Shown here: piece by piece, positions 31,234 to 45,007 of the stretch
Layout of the letters: each line of letters starts with the position of its first letter
How positions within the stretch are numbered: position 1 is the first letter of the stretch
Source of the DNA: an uncultured Actinomycetes bacterium
Lineage (GTDB): Bacteria; SZUA-79; Acidulodesulfobacterales; Acidulodesulfobacteraceae
Direction: 5' to 3'
Length of the DNA stretch: 59,800 nucleotides
NCBI GenBank assembly: GCA_964631685.1
Contig: CAZVZU010000010.1
Coordinates: 1-59,800 of the forward strand
Made by a program: the position numbers and the translations under genes
Notes under the pieces: generated by a model
Database searches by the model: none
The model's input: only the letters and a program-made list of their open reading frames with translations
Told to the model about the DNA's origin: nothing

Positions 31234-32061
31234 ATGATAAAGAAAAAATTTGACTATGACAAATATTTACGAAAAAATACACTCCCTCACATATGGTGCC
31301 CTGGTTGTGGAGATGGGATTATTTTAAAAGCACTGCTTAGGGCCATTGATAAGTTAGCTTATTCTAAAGATGATGTTGTTATCGCATCCGGCATCGGATG
31401 CGCTTCAAGGCTCCCCGGTTATGTTGACTTCAATACAATTCATACTACTCACGGAAGGGCTTTGACATTTGCAACTGGAATAAAGATGTTCAAACCAAAA
31501 CTCAAAGTAATAGTTATTTCCGGAGACGGGGATGCACTTGCTATCGGCGGAAATCATTTTATTCACGCCGCAAGACGAAATATAGACATAACATTAATTG
31601 TATTCAATAATTATACATATGGAATGACCGGCGGGCAATATTCTCCTACGCAGCCTATAGGTAGCCTTTCGACTACAACACCCTTTGGAAACATTGAGCC
31701 ATCTTTTGATGTATGTAATCTTGCTCAGGCTGCAGGCGCAACATGGGTAGGCAGATCAACATCTTATCACGCCATTCAACTTGAAAAGTTTATGGTTGGC
31801 GCGCTGGATCACTCAGGCTTTTCCGTTCTTGATGTTATAACAAATTGCCATATCTCATACGGCAGAAGAAATAAAATGAAGTCTCCAGTAGAAATGATTA
31901 AATATCAAAAAGAAAGTGCGGTTTCAAAGCGATCCGCGGAAAATATGACCCCGGAAGACTTGGCTGGAAGGTTTAAAACTGGAATTTTATTTGAAAAAAA
32001 TGATAATCCGGAATTTTGCAGACAATATCACGAACGACTAGATGAATTCAAAACTAAATAA
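31234..32061 (+). CDS. korB: 2-oxoglutarate:ferredoxin oxidoreductase beta subunit
   Basis: WCPGCG, SGIGC, HGRA, GDGD, NN..YGMTGGQYSPT. Confidence 0.92.
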   Translation: MIKKKFDYDKYLRKNTLPHIWCPGCGDGIILKALLRAIDKLAYSKDDVVIASGIGCASRLPGYVDFNTIHTTHGRALTFATGIKMFKPKLKVIVISGDGDALAIGGNHFIHAARRNIDITLIVFNNYTYGMTGGQYSPTQPIGSLSTTTPFGNIEPSFDVCNLAQAAGATWVGRSTSYHAIQLEKFMVGALDHSGFSVLDVITNCHISYGRRNKMKSPVEMIKYQKESAVSKRSAENMTPEDLAGRFKTGILFEKNDNPEFCRQYHERLDEFKTK

Positions 32062-32092
32062 ATTTAATAATTAAGAAAGGGGATGACTAAAG

Positions 32093-32647
32093 ATGAATGA
32101 CAGGATTGAGTTAAGGTTTTCAGGTTCCGGGGGGCAAGGTCTGATACTTGCGGGGATTATATTAGCCGATGCCGCCGCAATTTATGAAAATAAAAATGCC
32201 GTTCAAACCCAATCTTACGGTCCCGAAGCAAGGGGAGGGTCAAGCAAATCCGAAGTGATTATTTCCAGTAATCCCATTGATTACCCTAAGGCTACTAAGG
32301 TTGACTATATGGTTGCTTTAACGCAGAAGGCTTTCGACAAATATATTCTTGATGTAAAAGATACAGGCATAGTTATTGCGGATAAAGAGCTTGTAACTGA
32401 CCTTTCAAATGCCAAGGGAAAGCTCTATGTAGTCGACATGGTAAAATCTGCCAGAGAAGAATTAGGGAAGCTTTTAGGATTGAATATAATTGCCCTCGGA
32501 ATATTAGTTGCACTATCCGGAATTGTCTCTCGCAAGTCGATTGAACAAGCGCTTATGAAAAGGGTGCCGAAGGGATTTGAAGACTATAACAAAAAGGCAT
32601 TAGGGATCGGCTTCAGACTTGCAGAAGAAATAAATAAAAATAAATAA
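32093..32647 (+). CDS. korC: 2-oxoglutarate:ferredoxin oxidoreductase gamma subunit
   Basis: GSGGQG, QSYGPEARGG.S. Confidence 0.92.
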   Translation: MNDRIELRFSGSGGQGLILAGIILADAAAIYENKNAVQTQSYGPEARGGSSKSEVIISSNPIDYPKATKVDYMVALTQKAFDKYILDVKDTGIVIADKELVTDLSNAKGKLYVVDMVKSAREELGKLLGLNIIALGILVALSGIVSRKSIEQALMKRVPKGFEDYNKKALGIGFRLAEEINKNK

Positions 32648-32667
32648 ATAAAAAAGGGGTATTTTTA

Positions 32668-33084
32668 ATGATAGAACAGACACTTTCCATTATAAAACCG
32701 GACGGGGTTAAAAGAGGATTGGCCGGTAAAATTGTATCAATATTTGAAGAAAAAGGTTTTGAAATTAAAGCCATAAAGAAGGTTCTGCTCACAAAAAAAG
32801 AGGCTGAAGGATTTTATTATATCCATAAGGATAGGGCTTTTTTCAACAGTCTGGTTGCGTTTATGACTAGTGGTCCTATTATGCCCATGGTGCTGTCCGC
32901 CGAGGATGCTATTTTAAAAAACCGAGAGATTATGGGTGCTACCGATCCAAAAAATGCAGAAGAAGGCACAATTAGAAAAATGTATGCCGAAAGCATTGAA
33001 AGTAATACAGTTCACGGTTCTGACTCTACAGAATCCTCAAGATTTGAAATCTCTTATTTTTTCAATATTTTTGAAATAATATAA
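32668..33084 (+). CDS. ndk: Nucleoside diphosphate kinase
   Basis: IIKPDGV, MTSGP, GATDP, NTVHGSDS. Confidence 0.97.
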   Translation: MIEQTLSIIKPDGVKRGLAGKIVSIFEEKGFEIKAIKKVLLTKKEAEGFYYIHKDRAFFNSLVAFMTSGPIMPMVLSAEDAILKNREIMGATDPKNAEEGTIRKMYAESIESNTVHGSDSTESSRFEISYFFNIFEII

Positions 33085-33110
33085 TCACTTACCTAGATAA
33101 AAATATCAAG

Positions 33111-33773
33111 ATGCAGGTAATACGATTTTCTAAAGAAGATATACTCGCTATAGCAGGCTTGTTTGAGCAGAGCTATGGCGAGTTGGAACCTTTTCTTAAT
33201 TTTCACAATGCTTTTCAGCTTTTAATTGCAGTAGTCCTTTCCGCGCAATGCACAGATAAACGGGTAAACATAATAACTAACGACCTATTTAAATATTATA
33301 TTAAACCCTCAGATCTTGCCAAAGAAAGCATAGAAAATTTCGAAGATCAAATTAAAACCTGCAGCATGTATCACAACAAAGCAAAACACTTAATTGAAAC
33401 ATCCAAGATACTTGACGAAAAATTCAACGGCGTTATCCCTCAGGATTTCAATATACTTGTTAGTCTTCCGGGTATCGGTAGAAAATCTGCAAACGTTATA
33501 CTCGGAACATATTTTAATGAAGAAAGATTGCCTGTAGATACGCATGTGTTCAGGGTTGCAAATAGAATAGGCATCGCAAAATCAAAAACCCCCGAAGGAA
33601 TAGAAGAAAACCTTTCTATGGTAATTCCGAAAAGTATGTGGATGAAATTTCACAGATGGTTTATTAACCACGGAAGAGTATACTGTACAGCAAAAAATCC
33701 AAAATGTACGAATTGCTTTTTAACTGCCTATTGCCTTTATGTGACTAAATGTGATATTAATCATAAAAGTTAA
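33111..33773 (+). CDS. nth: Endonuclease III
   Basis: LSAQCTD, LPGIGRKSAN, VDTHVFR, C-x6-C-x2-C-x5-C Fe-S motif. Confidence 0.95.
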   Translation: MQVIRFSKEDILAIAGLFEQSYGELEPFLNFHNAFQLLIAVVLSAQCTDKRVNIITNDLFKYYIKPSDLAKESIENFEDQIKTCSMYHNKAKHLIETSKILDEKFNGVIPQDFNILVSLPGIGRKSANVILGTYFNEERLPVDTHVFRVANRIGIAKSKTPEGIEENLSMVIPKSMWMKFHRWFINHGRVYCTAKNPKCTNCFLTAYCLYVTKCDINHKS

Positions 33774-33792
33774 AAAAATAATTTGATAAAAT
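33750..33792 (+). promoter_or_regulatory. CRP/FNR-family site TGTGA-N6-TCATA with extended -10 (class II geometry)
   Basis: Site at 33750-33765; TGA then TAAAAT at 33787-33792; site centre about -41.5. Confidence 0.6.
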
Positions 33793-33801
33793 AGATCTCA
33801 A

Positions 33802-34224
33802 ATGAATCCTGTCCTAATATATTTTACAATTGCTTCCCTACTATACTTGATTGCGGGGGCTGCTTTAGGTTTAATTATGGCGGTCTATCCTCCGTCAATC
33901 AACTATTTGCTTTTAGCTCATATTCATTTTCTTTTATTGGGCTTTATTGCGATGATGATATACTCCGTGAGCTATCACGTATTACCAAGGTTTAGCGGCT
34001 TCAATCTTTATAGTGAAAGGCTCATAACGGTACAATTTTATCTTGTCAATATTGGGCTTATCGGCATGATTTCAACGTGGATCATCTCAAGAGACGTAAT
34101 TTCAGGATTATACCAGATTTTAGCGATTGGTTTTTTTGCTTCTATGCAATTTATTGGCATCTGTGTTTTTGTTTATAACAATGTTATGACATTATCCGGC
34201 AAAGGTGGGAAAATAACCCAGTAA
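33802..34224 (+). CDS. Four-TM membrane protein resembling a heme-copper oxidase subunit I / NnrS-like fragment
   Basis: GAALG, AHIHFLLLGF, YHVLPRF, NIGL motifs. Confidence 0.65.
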   Translation: MNPVLIYFTIASLLYLIAGAALGLIMAVYPPSINYLLLAHIHFLLLGFIAMMIYSVSYHVLPRFSGFNLYSERLITVQFYLVNIGLIGMISTWIISRDVISGLYQILAIGFFASMQFIGICVFVYNNVMTLSGKGGKITQ

Positions 34225-34231
34225 ATCAGAT

Positions 34232-34864
34232 TCACTTCAATTTCAGCAATTTATGAATTTGCACTCCCAACCTTACATTTAATTTATCCCGCAATATCAT
34301 CATGGCCAGATCTTTTGCGGTCATAAGAATATCTACCGTAGAAAATATTACCTTTTGAGTTTTTATGAAATGTTTTTTTAAAAAATATTTTGCGAAAATA
34401 TAATCCTCTTCCGTTCCTATAACAAATTTCAACTCGTCATTTGCGGTAATGTAGTCTATGTTTTTATAGTTATTTTTATCGCAAAAATTACTTGAGGGGC
34501 ATTTTATATCCACAATCTTAACAACCTCTTCGGGAACCTTTCTCAAATTTATAGTTCCATTGGTTTCTAATAAAACCAAATAGTTTAATGCTATTAATTC
34601 ACTAAATAGTTTATATACACCTTCTTGGATCAAAGGCTCGCCGCCGGTAATCTCGATAAGCCTTGTTTTGCCACCTATTTCATTAATCTTCTTTATGATG
34701 TCCGATATATCCATATTTATGGAGTTTACACCTATTAAAGCATCCTTTGTATCGCAATATGAACATTTCAGATTACAGCCCCCAAGCCTGACGAAAACAC
34801 AAGGATAACCCGCAAAAGATGACTCCCCTTGGATACTATAAAATATATCATTAACAAGCAACAT
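34232..34864 (-). CDS. queE: 7-carboxy-7-deazaguanine synthase (radical SAM)
   Basis: [42 protein letters not shown]. Confidence 0.92.
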   Translation of the reverse strand: MLLVNDIFYSIQGESSFAGYPCVFVRLGGCNLKCSYCDTKDALIGVNSINMDISDIIKKINEIGGKTRLIEITGGEPLIQEGVYKLFSELIALNYLVLLETNGTINLRKVPEEVVKIVDIKCPSSNFCDKNNYKNIDYITANDELKFVIGTEEDYIFAKYFLKKHFIKTQKVIFSTVDILMTAKDLAMMILRDKLNVRLGVQIHKLLKLK

Positions 34865-34922
34865 TTTATTATATTTGAATATTTTAAATAATTGTTATAT
34901 AATCCTCACAGAGGGCAAAATA

Positions 34923-35264
34923 ATGTTTGGAATAGGAACACCTGAGATAATAATAATTGTTGTGGTTGCGTTGCTTATTTTCGGTCCGTCAAAACTCCCT
35001 GAACTCGGCAAAACCCTAGGTAAGGGTATTAGAGAGTTCAAAAAAGCATCGACGGAGCTAAAGGAGCAGGTCAATCCTTTAAATGAGGATGAATATAACA
35101 ACCCGCCGGAACTTATCCCTGAAAAAAAAGCCAGTAGAAAGCCGACAAAAAAAAGGGTACATAAAACATCTTCAAATAAAACAACGGCTACATCGGTAAA
35201 ACGGCCCAAGACAAGTACTGGCAATAAACCAAAGAGCAAGGCCGTTAAGCCTAAATCAAAATAA
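34923..35264 (+). CDS. tatA: Twin-arginine translocase TatA/E subunit
   Basis: MFGIGTPE...[23 protein letters not shown]. Start placed at ATG 34923. Confidence 0.92.
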   Translation: MFGIGTPEIIIIVVVALLIFGPSKLPELGKTLGKGIREFKKASTELKEQVNPLNEDEYNNPPELIPEKKASRKPTKKRVHKTSSNKTTATSVKRPKTSTGNKPKSKAVKPKSK

Positions 35265-35282
35265 TTTAACGCTTAATAAACG

Positions 35283-38971
<3,689 letters not shown>

Positions 38972-39226
38972 TTTTTAGTTTCCCTATTATTAATGTATTT
39001 AATAATACTTTAAAAACACTAGTAGTAATAGTAGTGTTTAATTTGTTTGTAACTTATTAACTTATTAAAATTATTAAGCAATATACTACTTGAATATATA
39101 TAAAGTTTTTATAATTATCTTAAGAATTATTGTTTAATTTTTATTGAAATTTTTTTATAAAAACTTTTCAACGAGAATTAAACACATTTACCAATATATT
39201 TTCAACACCACATATTAACTTTTAAA
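38972..39226. other. oriC part 2 (dnaA-dnaN interval) with DnaA-trios and AT-rich unwinding element
   Basis: TAG TAG TAA TAG TAG at 39020-39034, abutting the tandem box-like 9-mers TGTTTAATT and TGTTTGTAA (39035-39052); extremely AT-rich. Confidence 0.72.
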
Positions 39227-40666
39227 TTATTTTTTTATTATCCTAGTAATAGTACTTAAAGTTTTTTCTAACTCACTATTGTTTTTTAGTAGTTTTTTTA
39301 CTTTATTCACAGCATAAACAATAGATGAATGATCCTTACCTCCAAACTTATCGCCTATCTCATGGAATGACAAATCGGTATAATTTCTTATTAAATACAT
39401 TGCAATTTGTCTGGGACCAACAAATTCCTTTAATTTTTTATTTGATTTAATATCTGCTATTTTAATGTCAAAATAACTACAAACAACCTTTATCACCACT
39501 TCAGCTGTGATAATCCTTTTTTCTTCCCTCAAGATATTCAGAGTAGCCTCTCTTGCAAGGTCTATAGAAATAGATTTTCCAGCAAATAATGAAAAGGCAG
39601 CTATCTTAACCATTGCGCCCTCTAACTCTCTTATATTGGAAGTAATTTTATTTGCAAGTAAATTTAAAACGTCATCTGGAAAATCAATATTACTGAGCGC
39701 AGCTTTCTTTTTAAGGATGGCAACCCTAGTTTCAAAATCAGGTGGTTGAATATCTGCTATCAGCCCCCATTCAAATCTTGACCTTATCCTCTCTTCCAGG
39801 CTCACAATATCTCTTGGGATCTTATCACTTGAAACAACGATCTGTTTTTGGTGTTCATATAATGAATTAAACGTGTAAAAGAACTCCTCTTGTGTTCGTT
39901 CTTTACCTGCAATAAATTGTATATCGTCTATTAGAAGTACATCAACGTTTCTATATTTATTTCTAAATTCTACCATTTTATCGTCCCTTATGGAAGTAAT
40001 CATTTCATTTGTAAATTTTTCCGACGAAACGAGGCAGATATTCAAATTCTTTTCTTTAATTATTTTGTTTGCAATAGCATTAAGTAAATGCGTTTTACCT
40101 AACCCAACATCGCTATATATAAACATAGGATTATATGTTTGTCCGGGAAGATTGGCAACGGCAAAACTTGCCGCATGCGCAAACTGATTTCCTGAGCCTA
40201 TAACAAAATTTTCAAAGGTATATTTAGGATTTAAATTAATATAATCTTTTTTTTGAATTCTTTTACTCTTTACTTTATTTTCTTCAGTATAATTAGGTTT
40301 ATAAGACCTCGTATTATTGCAGGTTATTAAGGATGCTTCGTTAATGTCACATTTATTTTCCTTAGTCTTAACCTTATTATTATTTGTTTCAACTAAATTT
40401 TGAGAGTAATTGTGTATATTATGATTATTCTCACTATTTATGATATAGATAAAATTTAGTTCTTCATTATTATTTAATCTTCTCCAAACATTTACGATAA
40501 TATCCTTATAGGATTCATTAATAATATCCTTGAAAAATCTATTTGGGACTAAGAATGTTATTGTATTTTCATTTAAAGTAATATCGGCAGGAATAAACCA
40601 TATATTAAAATTATTACTACCTATTTCTTTTTCTAGTTCTTTCAATAATAATTCAACAGAATACAT
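39227..40666 (-). CDS. dnaA: Chromosomal replication initiator DnaA
   Basis: LNPKYTFENFV, YNPMFIY, GLGKTHL, LIDDIQF, QEEFF, RSRFEWGL, NIRELEG, GGKDHS. Confidence 0.98.
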   Translation of the reverse strand: MYSVELLLKELEKEIGSNNFNIWFIPADITLNENTITFLVPNRFFKDIINESYKDIIVNVWRRLNNNEELNFIYIINSENNHNIHNYSQNLVETNNNKVKTKENKCDINEASLITCNNTRSYKPNYTEENKVKSKRIQKKDYINLNPKYTFENFVIGSGNQFAHAASFAVANLPGQTYNPMFIYSDVGLGKTHLLNAIANKIIKEKNLNICLVSSEKFTNEMITSIRDDKMVEFRNKYRNVDVLLIDDIQFIAGKERTQEEFFYTFNSLYEHQKQIVVSSDKIPRDIVSLEERIRSRFEWGLIADIQPPDFETRVAILKKKAALSNIDFPDDVLNLLANKITSNIRELEGAMVKIAAFSLFAGKSISIDLAREATLNILREEKRIITAEVVIKVVCSYFDIKIADIKSNKKLKEFVGPRQIAMYLIRNYTDLSFHEIGDKFGGKDHSSIVYAVNKVKKLLKNNSELEKTLSTITRIIKK

Positions 40667-41126
40667 AATTTTAGTACTATATCAGGTTAACGGTGATAGT
40701 AGAATTAAACAAAGTTATCAACAACTGTTGATAACTTTTAAAGCATAATAAATATAATAAGTTACATCACAAAATACCAATTTTATATCTAAATAAATTT
40801 TACGGATAATACTGTAGTCTAAACCCTATCAAATTTTTCAATTTATTTCAACAATGTTGAAATAAATCTATTTAATAATATCAACGGGTTTATAAATATA
40901 TTTCCGCTTATATCCATAATGGTGACACATCGTGATTAATATGTTAAAATAACGCATATTAAATTTTAAGTTAAGGATGGTTCGGATCGTAATTTAATAT
41001 GCAATACAATATACATTTAGGGATTGTCAGCTATGATCTTGCATTAATTAGATAAAAAAATCTTGACATTCATACCATTATTTGCTTTAATCGGGGTTTA
41101 ATGTAATTTTAGTATGGAGTTAATCT
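40667..41126. other. oriC part 1 (dnaA-rpmH interval) with inverted DnaA-box-like pairs
   Basis: TTATCAACA/TGTTGATAA at 40715-40734; ATTTCAACA/TGTTGAAAT inside the 40841-40867 palindrome; TTATCCATA near 40908. Confidence 0.7.
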
Positions 41127-41276
41127 ATGAAGCGAACATTTCAACCCAGTAAGTTAAAAAGGAAACGGACACACGGTTTTTTGTGCCGCATGAGCACAAA
41201 GGGCGGCAGGTTAATTTTGGCAAGACGCAGAAGGAAGGGGCGCAAGATATTGGTTCCAGTTATAAGCTCTAAATAG
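41127..41276 (+). CDS. rpmH: 50S ribosomal protein L34 (absent from the ORF track)
   Basis: [56 protein letters not shown]. Confidence 0.97.
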   Translation: MKRTFQPSKLKRKRTHGFLCRMSTKGGRLILARRRRKGRKILVPVISSK

Positions 41277-41353
41277 TTTTATCTTTTATATTTTTATTTA
41301 TTGTTTTTGTTTTAAATGCTTTAAAAAGCTAATAATTTTTAGGGCAGTCATCA

Positions 41354-41683
41354 ATGAGCATTTCGTCTGTCAGATTTCGGATAAGGGGTACTTTTAAGCT
41401 AAAAGATAGAGAATATATTAATTATATTTTTAATAAGGGAAACAAAAGGGTTCAAAGGAGTTCTATTATTTTTCATGTTGAATCTGTAAGGTTTCAATTT
41501 TTGGTATCTTTTAAGAAAAGGCTCTTTAATTCGGTTAAAAGAAATGGTTTGAAAAGGCAAATTAAAGAATTTATAAGGCTTAATCAGTATAATCTGAAAA
41601 ACATCGACTGCGCGGTTTTAATTATCAGATATCCTTCATCTAAGCATCAATTACATAAAGAGCTTGGATTTTTATTAAAATGA
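41354..41683 (+). CDS. rnpA: Ribonuclease P protein component (divergent)
   Basis: [14 protein letters not shown] (RNR-motif variant); canonical position after rpmH. Confidence 0.85.
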   Translation: MSISSVRFRIRGTFKLKDREYINYIFNKGNKRVQRSSIIFHVESVRFQFLVSFKKRLFNSVKRNGLKRQIKEFIRLNQYNLKNIDCAVLIIRYPSSKHQLHKELGFLLK

Positions 41684-41904
41684 AGATTCCAAATAAAATT
41701 TTTATAGGAATTATAAGTTTTTATAAGCGGATTATATCTCCTTTGTTACCGCAAAGTTGTCGATTTTACCCGACTTGTTCGGAGTATGCGATTGAATGTT
41801 TTAAATCATTCAATGTTTTTAAAGCTTTATATCTTTCTTTGTATAGGATTTTAAGATGTAATCCCCTATCTAAGGGCGGATACGATCCTGTTCCGAAACA
41901 CTAA
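41680..41904 (+). CDS. yidD: Membrane protein insertion efficiency factor
   Basis: [25 protein letters not shown]. Confidence 0.96.
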   Translation: MKIPNKIFIGIISFYKRIISPLLPQSCRFYPTCSEYAIECFKSFNVFKALYLSLYRILRCNPLSKGGYDPVPKH

Positions 41905-41924
41905 TATTTTAATGGAGAATTTTT

Positions 41925-43472
41925 TTGGAAAAAAGAGTCATTATAGCATCTATCTTGTCAGTTGTTTTAATTTTGGCGTGGGGTTATTTTACACCTCACC
42001 CTAAACAATCCAATGTTGTGGTAAAACAACATATGGCCGAGGTTAAGGTTAAAAATAAGCAGGTTAGTACTACTAGATCAATCGCAAAAGCTAAAAAAAT
42101 AGTTGCTAATGAAAAACCTATTGCCACTTCAAAATTAATTAAGTCTGTCAAAAGCGTTGTATATAAAGGCGATAAAACGTATGCAAGATTTAACATACCG
42201 AGCGGTGCCATTTCCAAAATAAGCCTTTTAAAATATTCATACACTGAAAAAAATTTAAAACATAAGATTAATCTATCCAATACAAAGAATATTACGCAAG
42301 TAATCAATTTTATACCTCAAAATGTTGGGTCAGCTATAAAGCTTATAAACATAAAAAAAGAAAAGAATTCGATTAAATTTATTTACAATCTTGATAACCG
42401 GATGTTGTTGATAAAGAGCTATAAATTTTTAAGAGGCAAGTATCTTTTAACTAATTCCGTATCTGTAAGAAATCTTACGAATCGGCCCATAACATTCAAG
42501 GGACATTATATTCTATCGGCTGTTTTAAAGCCGGCTTACAAAACAGCCGATTATATTAAATTTTCACCGATAGTTTATATTAATAAAGGGTCATTAACCC
42601 CGAAAATGACTAAATATAACGGTAATATATCCTTTGCCGGTTTTAACTCTGAATATTTTATGCTTTCGGTTTTGGCCCCGGGTAATGCTATTTCTGTTAA
42701 AAAAACCGGTAAATTAATTTCTTTCTTGGTACCCAAAAAGGTTTTGATATCTCCAAGACAAACCGTTAATTTTTCATTGAATATTTTTGCCGGTCCAAAA
42801 AAATTATCTCTGCTTACGCATTTAGGCCACAATCTTGATTCGACAATAGGTTTTGGATTTTTCGGGTTTTTCTCAATAATTTTATTGCATATATTGGAAT
42901 TTTTCTACGGTTTTGTCCACAACTACGGTTTGGCAATAATATTGCTCGTGTTAGCTATAAGAATTGTGTTTTACCCCCTTACATATATAGGCTTCAAATC
43001 AATGAAGCAGATGCAGAAATTAACCCCTAGAATAAATGAGTTAAGAGGAAGGTATAAAGACAACAAGGTCGAGTTAAATAAAAAAATCATGGCGTTGTAT
43101 AAAGAAAGCAGAGTGAACCCCTTTGGCGGTTGTTTGCCTATGCTACTGCAGATTCCGGTTTTTTACGGTTTATATATGACCCTTTTAATATCGATACAAC
43201 TTAGAAATGCGCCGTTCATGCTTTGGATTAATAATCTTTCCGCACAGGATCCCTACTATATTTTGCCGATTTTAATGGGAGTGACTATGCTGATATCTCA
43301 AAAAATGAACCCGGTTATCGGCGATCCTGCTCAAGCTAAAATGATGTTGATTCTTCCGATAGTTTTTACTTTTCTTTTTATACATTTTCCGGCAGGGCTT
43401 CTTTTATACTGGACGGTAAATAATATCTTAACCATTGCCCAACAATATATGATTAATAGGAAGTTTGCTTAA
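41925..43472 (+). CDS. yidC: Membrane protein insertase YidC
   Basis: FAGPK, NYGLAII, NPFGGCLP.L.QIP, DPYYILP, GL.LYW. Confidence 0.96.
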   Translation: MEKRVIIASILSVVLILAWGYFTPHPKQSNVVVKQHMAEVKVKNKQVSTTRSIAKAKKIVANEKPIATSKLIKSVKSVVYKGDKTYARFNIPSGAISKISLLKYSYTEKNLKHKINLSNTKNITQVINFIPQNVGSAIKLINIKKEKNSIKFIYNLDNRMLLIKSYKFLRGKYLLTNSVSVRNLTNRPITFKGHYILSAVLKPAYKTADYIKFSPIVYINKGSLTPKMTKYNGNISFAGFNSEYFMLSVLAPGNAISVKKTGKLISFLVPKKVLISPRQTVNFSLNIFAGPKKLSLLTHLGHNLDSTIGFGFFGFFSIILLHILEFFYGFVHNYGLAIILLVLAIRIVFYPLTYIGFKSMKQMQKLTPRINELRGRYKDNKVELNKKIMALYKESRVNPFGGCLPMLLQIPVFYGLYMTLLISIQLRNAPFMLWINNLSAQDPYYILPILMGVTMLISQKMNPVIGDPAQAKMMLILPIVFTFLFIHFPAGLLLYWTVNNILTIAQQYMINRKFA

Positions 43473-43540
43473 TTTTCAGATGACTGCGGTATCGCATCCT
43501 AATGTTATCAGTTATACGTATGACTATGGGCTAGCTAAAC

Positions 43541-44968
43541 ATGACCGTTAAATCTTCGCTTAGTAAAGAGATTGACACTATCTGCGCCATATCTACCCCC
43601 AGCGGGGAGGGCGCTATAAGCATTATAAGGGTTTCAGGTGACAATTGCCTATCCGTCTTGAAAAAGTTTTTTTATCCGCTTGCCGATAATGCTTATCCGC
43701 TTAAATCACGCTTTTTTTATACGGGTAAAATTCATGATCCGTTTATAAAATCCTTTATAGATGAGGTTGCTTGTATTTATATTAAGGGTCCCAATTCTTA
43801 CACCGGCGAAGATATGTTTGAGATATATCCTCACGGAGGTGTATTTAACACTCGATATATACTTGAGCTTATATGTAAGATAGGGGTGAGGCTTGCCCAT
43901 AATGGAGAATTTACAAAGAGGGCATATCTTAATAACAAGATAAATCTCATTCAGGCCGAAGCTATTTTGGAGATTATAAGGGCCGGTTCCCTGAATACCC
44001 TTTTGATCGCAAACAACGAATTAAATGGTCTCCTAGAAAAAAAGATAAAAAATATTAAAGATGACTACATTTATCTTTTAGCAACAGTAGAAGCGTTTAT
44101 TGACTTTCCTGATGAGGAATTTAAAGATATAGACAGCGGGTTTTTTCAAACTGCGCGCGACATTACCGATTCTATTGAAAAGTTAATCGAATCTTATAAA
44201 AATTATGATTTAAACAGAAAAGGATTAAGCGTTGTGATAGCCGGCAAACCTAATGTAGGTAAATCCAGCCTCCTAAATGCTTTGTTAAAGAAAAACAGGG
44301 CTATCGTTTCCGATATGCCTGGAACAACAAGAGATTATGTTGAAGATAGCGTATTTTTATTTAATAAACCAATAAATATAGTTGATACCGCCGGACTACG
44401 CGAGTCTACCGATTCCCTAGAAAATGAAGGCATAAGATTAACATACGGGCAAATTAAAAGAGCCGATATAATAATTTATGTTTTAGACGCTAAGGACAAA
44501 CTTGTAGATTTTAAATTTGCCCATGAAGCTTTTAAAAATAAAAGTGTGGTTTTTGTATTAAATAAAATTGATTTATTGCTACAAGATAATTTGATAAAGA
44601 GGAAAGATGAATTTATATGCACGCTAAGCACTGAATATAATACGGAATGCATGCATACGGTTTTTATTAGTGCAAAAAACAGTATCGGAATAGATTTATT
44701 AAAAAATACACTTTACGATATAATTTTAAAAATTGAAAGTAGCGTTAAAGAGGATTCTACAATCACAACCCTAAGACAAAAAAGTCTTTTAGAAAAGTCT
44801 TACGATTTGCTAAAAAAAGGAATTGAAATTTACAAAAGTGGCGGACCAATCGAACTTATATCAATAGACTTAAGGGAGGCCATTGATTGTATAGATGAAA
44901 TGATCGGGGGTGTTACAAATGAGGATATACTTGACAAACTTTTTAAAGAATTCTGTGTCGGCAAATAG
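43541..44968 (+). CDS. mnmE: tRNA modification GTPase
   Basis: DTICAISTP, SYTGED, GKPNVGKSS, PGTTRD, DTAG, NKID, FCVGK. Confidence 0.97.
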   Translation: MTVKSSLSKEIDTICAISTPSGEGAISIIRVSGDNCLSVLKKFFYPLADNAYPLKSRFFYTGKIHDPFIKSFIDEVACIYIKGPNSYTGEDMFEIYPHGGVFNTRYILELICKIGVRLAHNGEFTKRAYLNNKINLIQAEAILEIIRAGSLNTLLIANNELNGLLEKKIKNIKDDYIYLLATVEAFIDFPDEEFKDIDSGFFQTARDITDSIEKLIESYKNYDLNRKGLSVVIAGKPNVGKSSLLNALLKKNRAIVSDMPGTTRDYVEDSVFLFNKPINIVDTAGLRESTDSLENEGIRLTYGQIKRADIIIYVLDAKDKLVDFKFAHEAFKNKSVVFVLNKIDLLLQDNLIKRKDEFICTLSTEYNTECMHTVFISAKNSIGIDLLKNTLYDIILKIESSVKEDSTITTLRQKSLLEKSYDLLKKGIEIYKSGGPIELISIDLREAIDCIDEMIGGVTNEDILDKLFKEFCVGK

Positions 44969-45007
44969 TTCTGCGCGCACCATTGAATATTTTCAAAAAC
45001 ATTTATC

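Noticed and set aside
40756..40771. Third CRP-like site (TGTGA-N6-TTATT, minus strand) upstream of dnaA
   Set aside because: The second half-site is poor, and such a match is expected by chance in AT-rich DNA.
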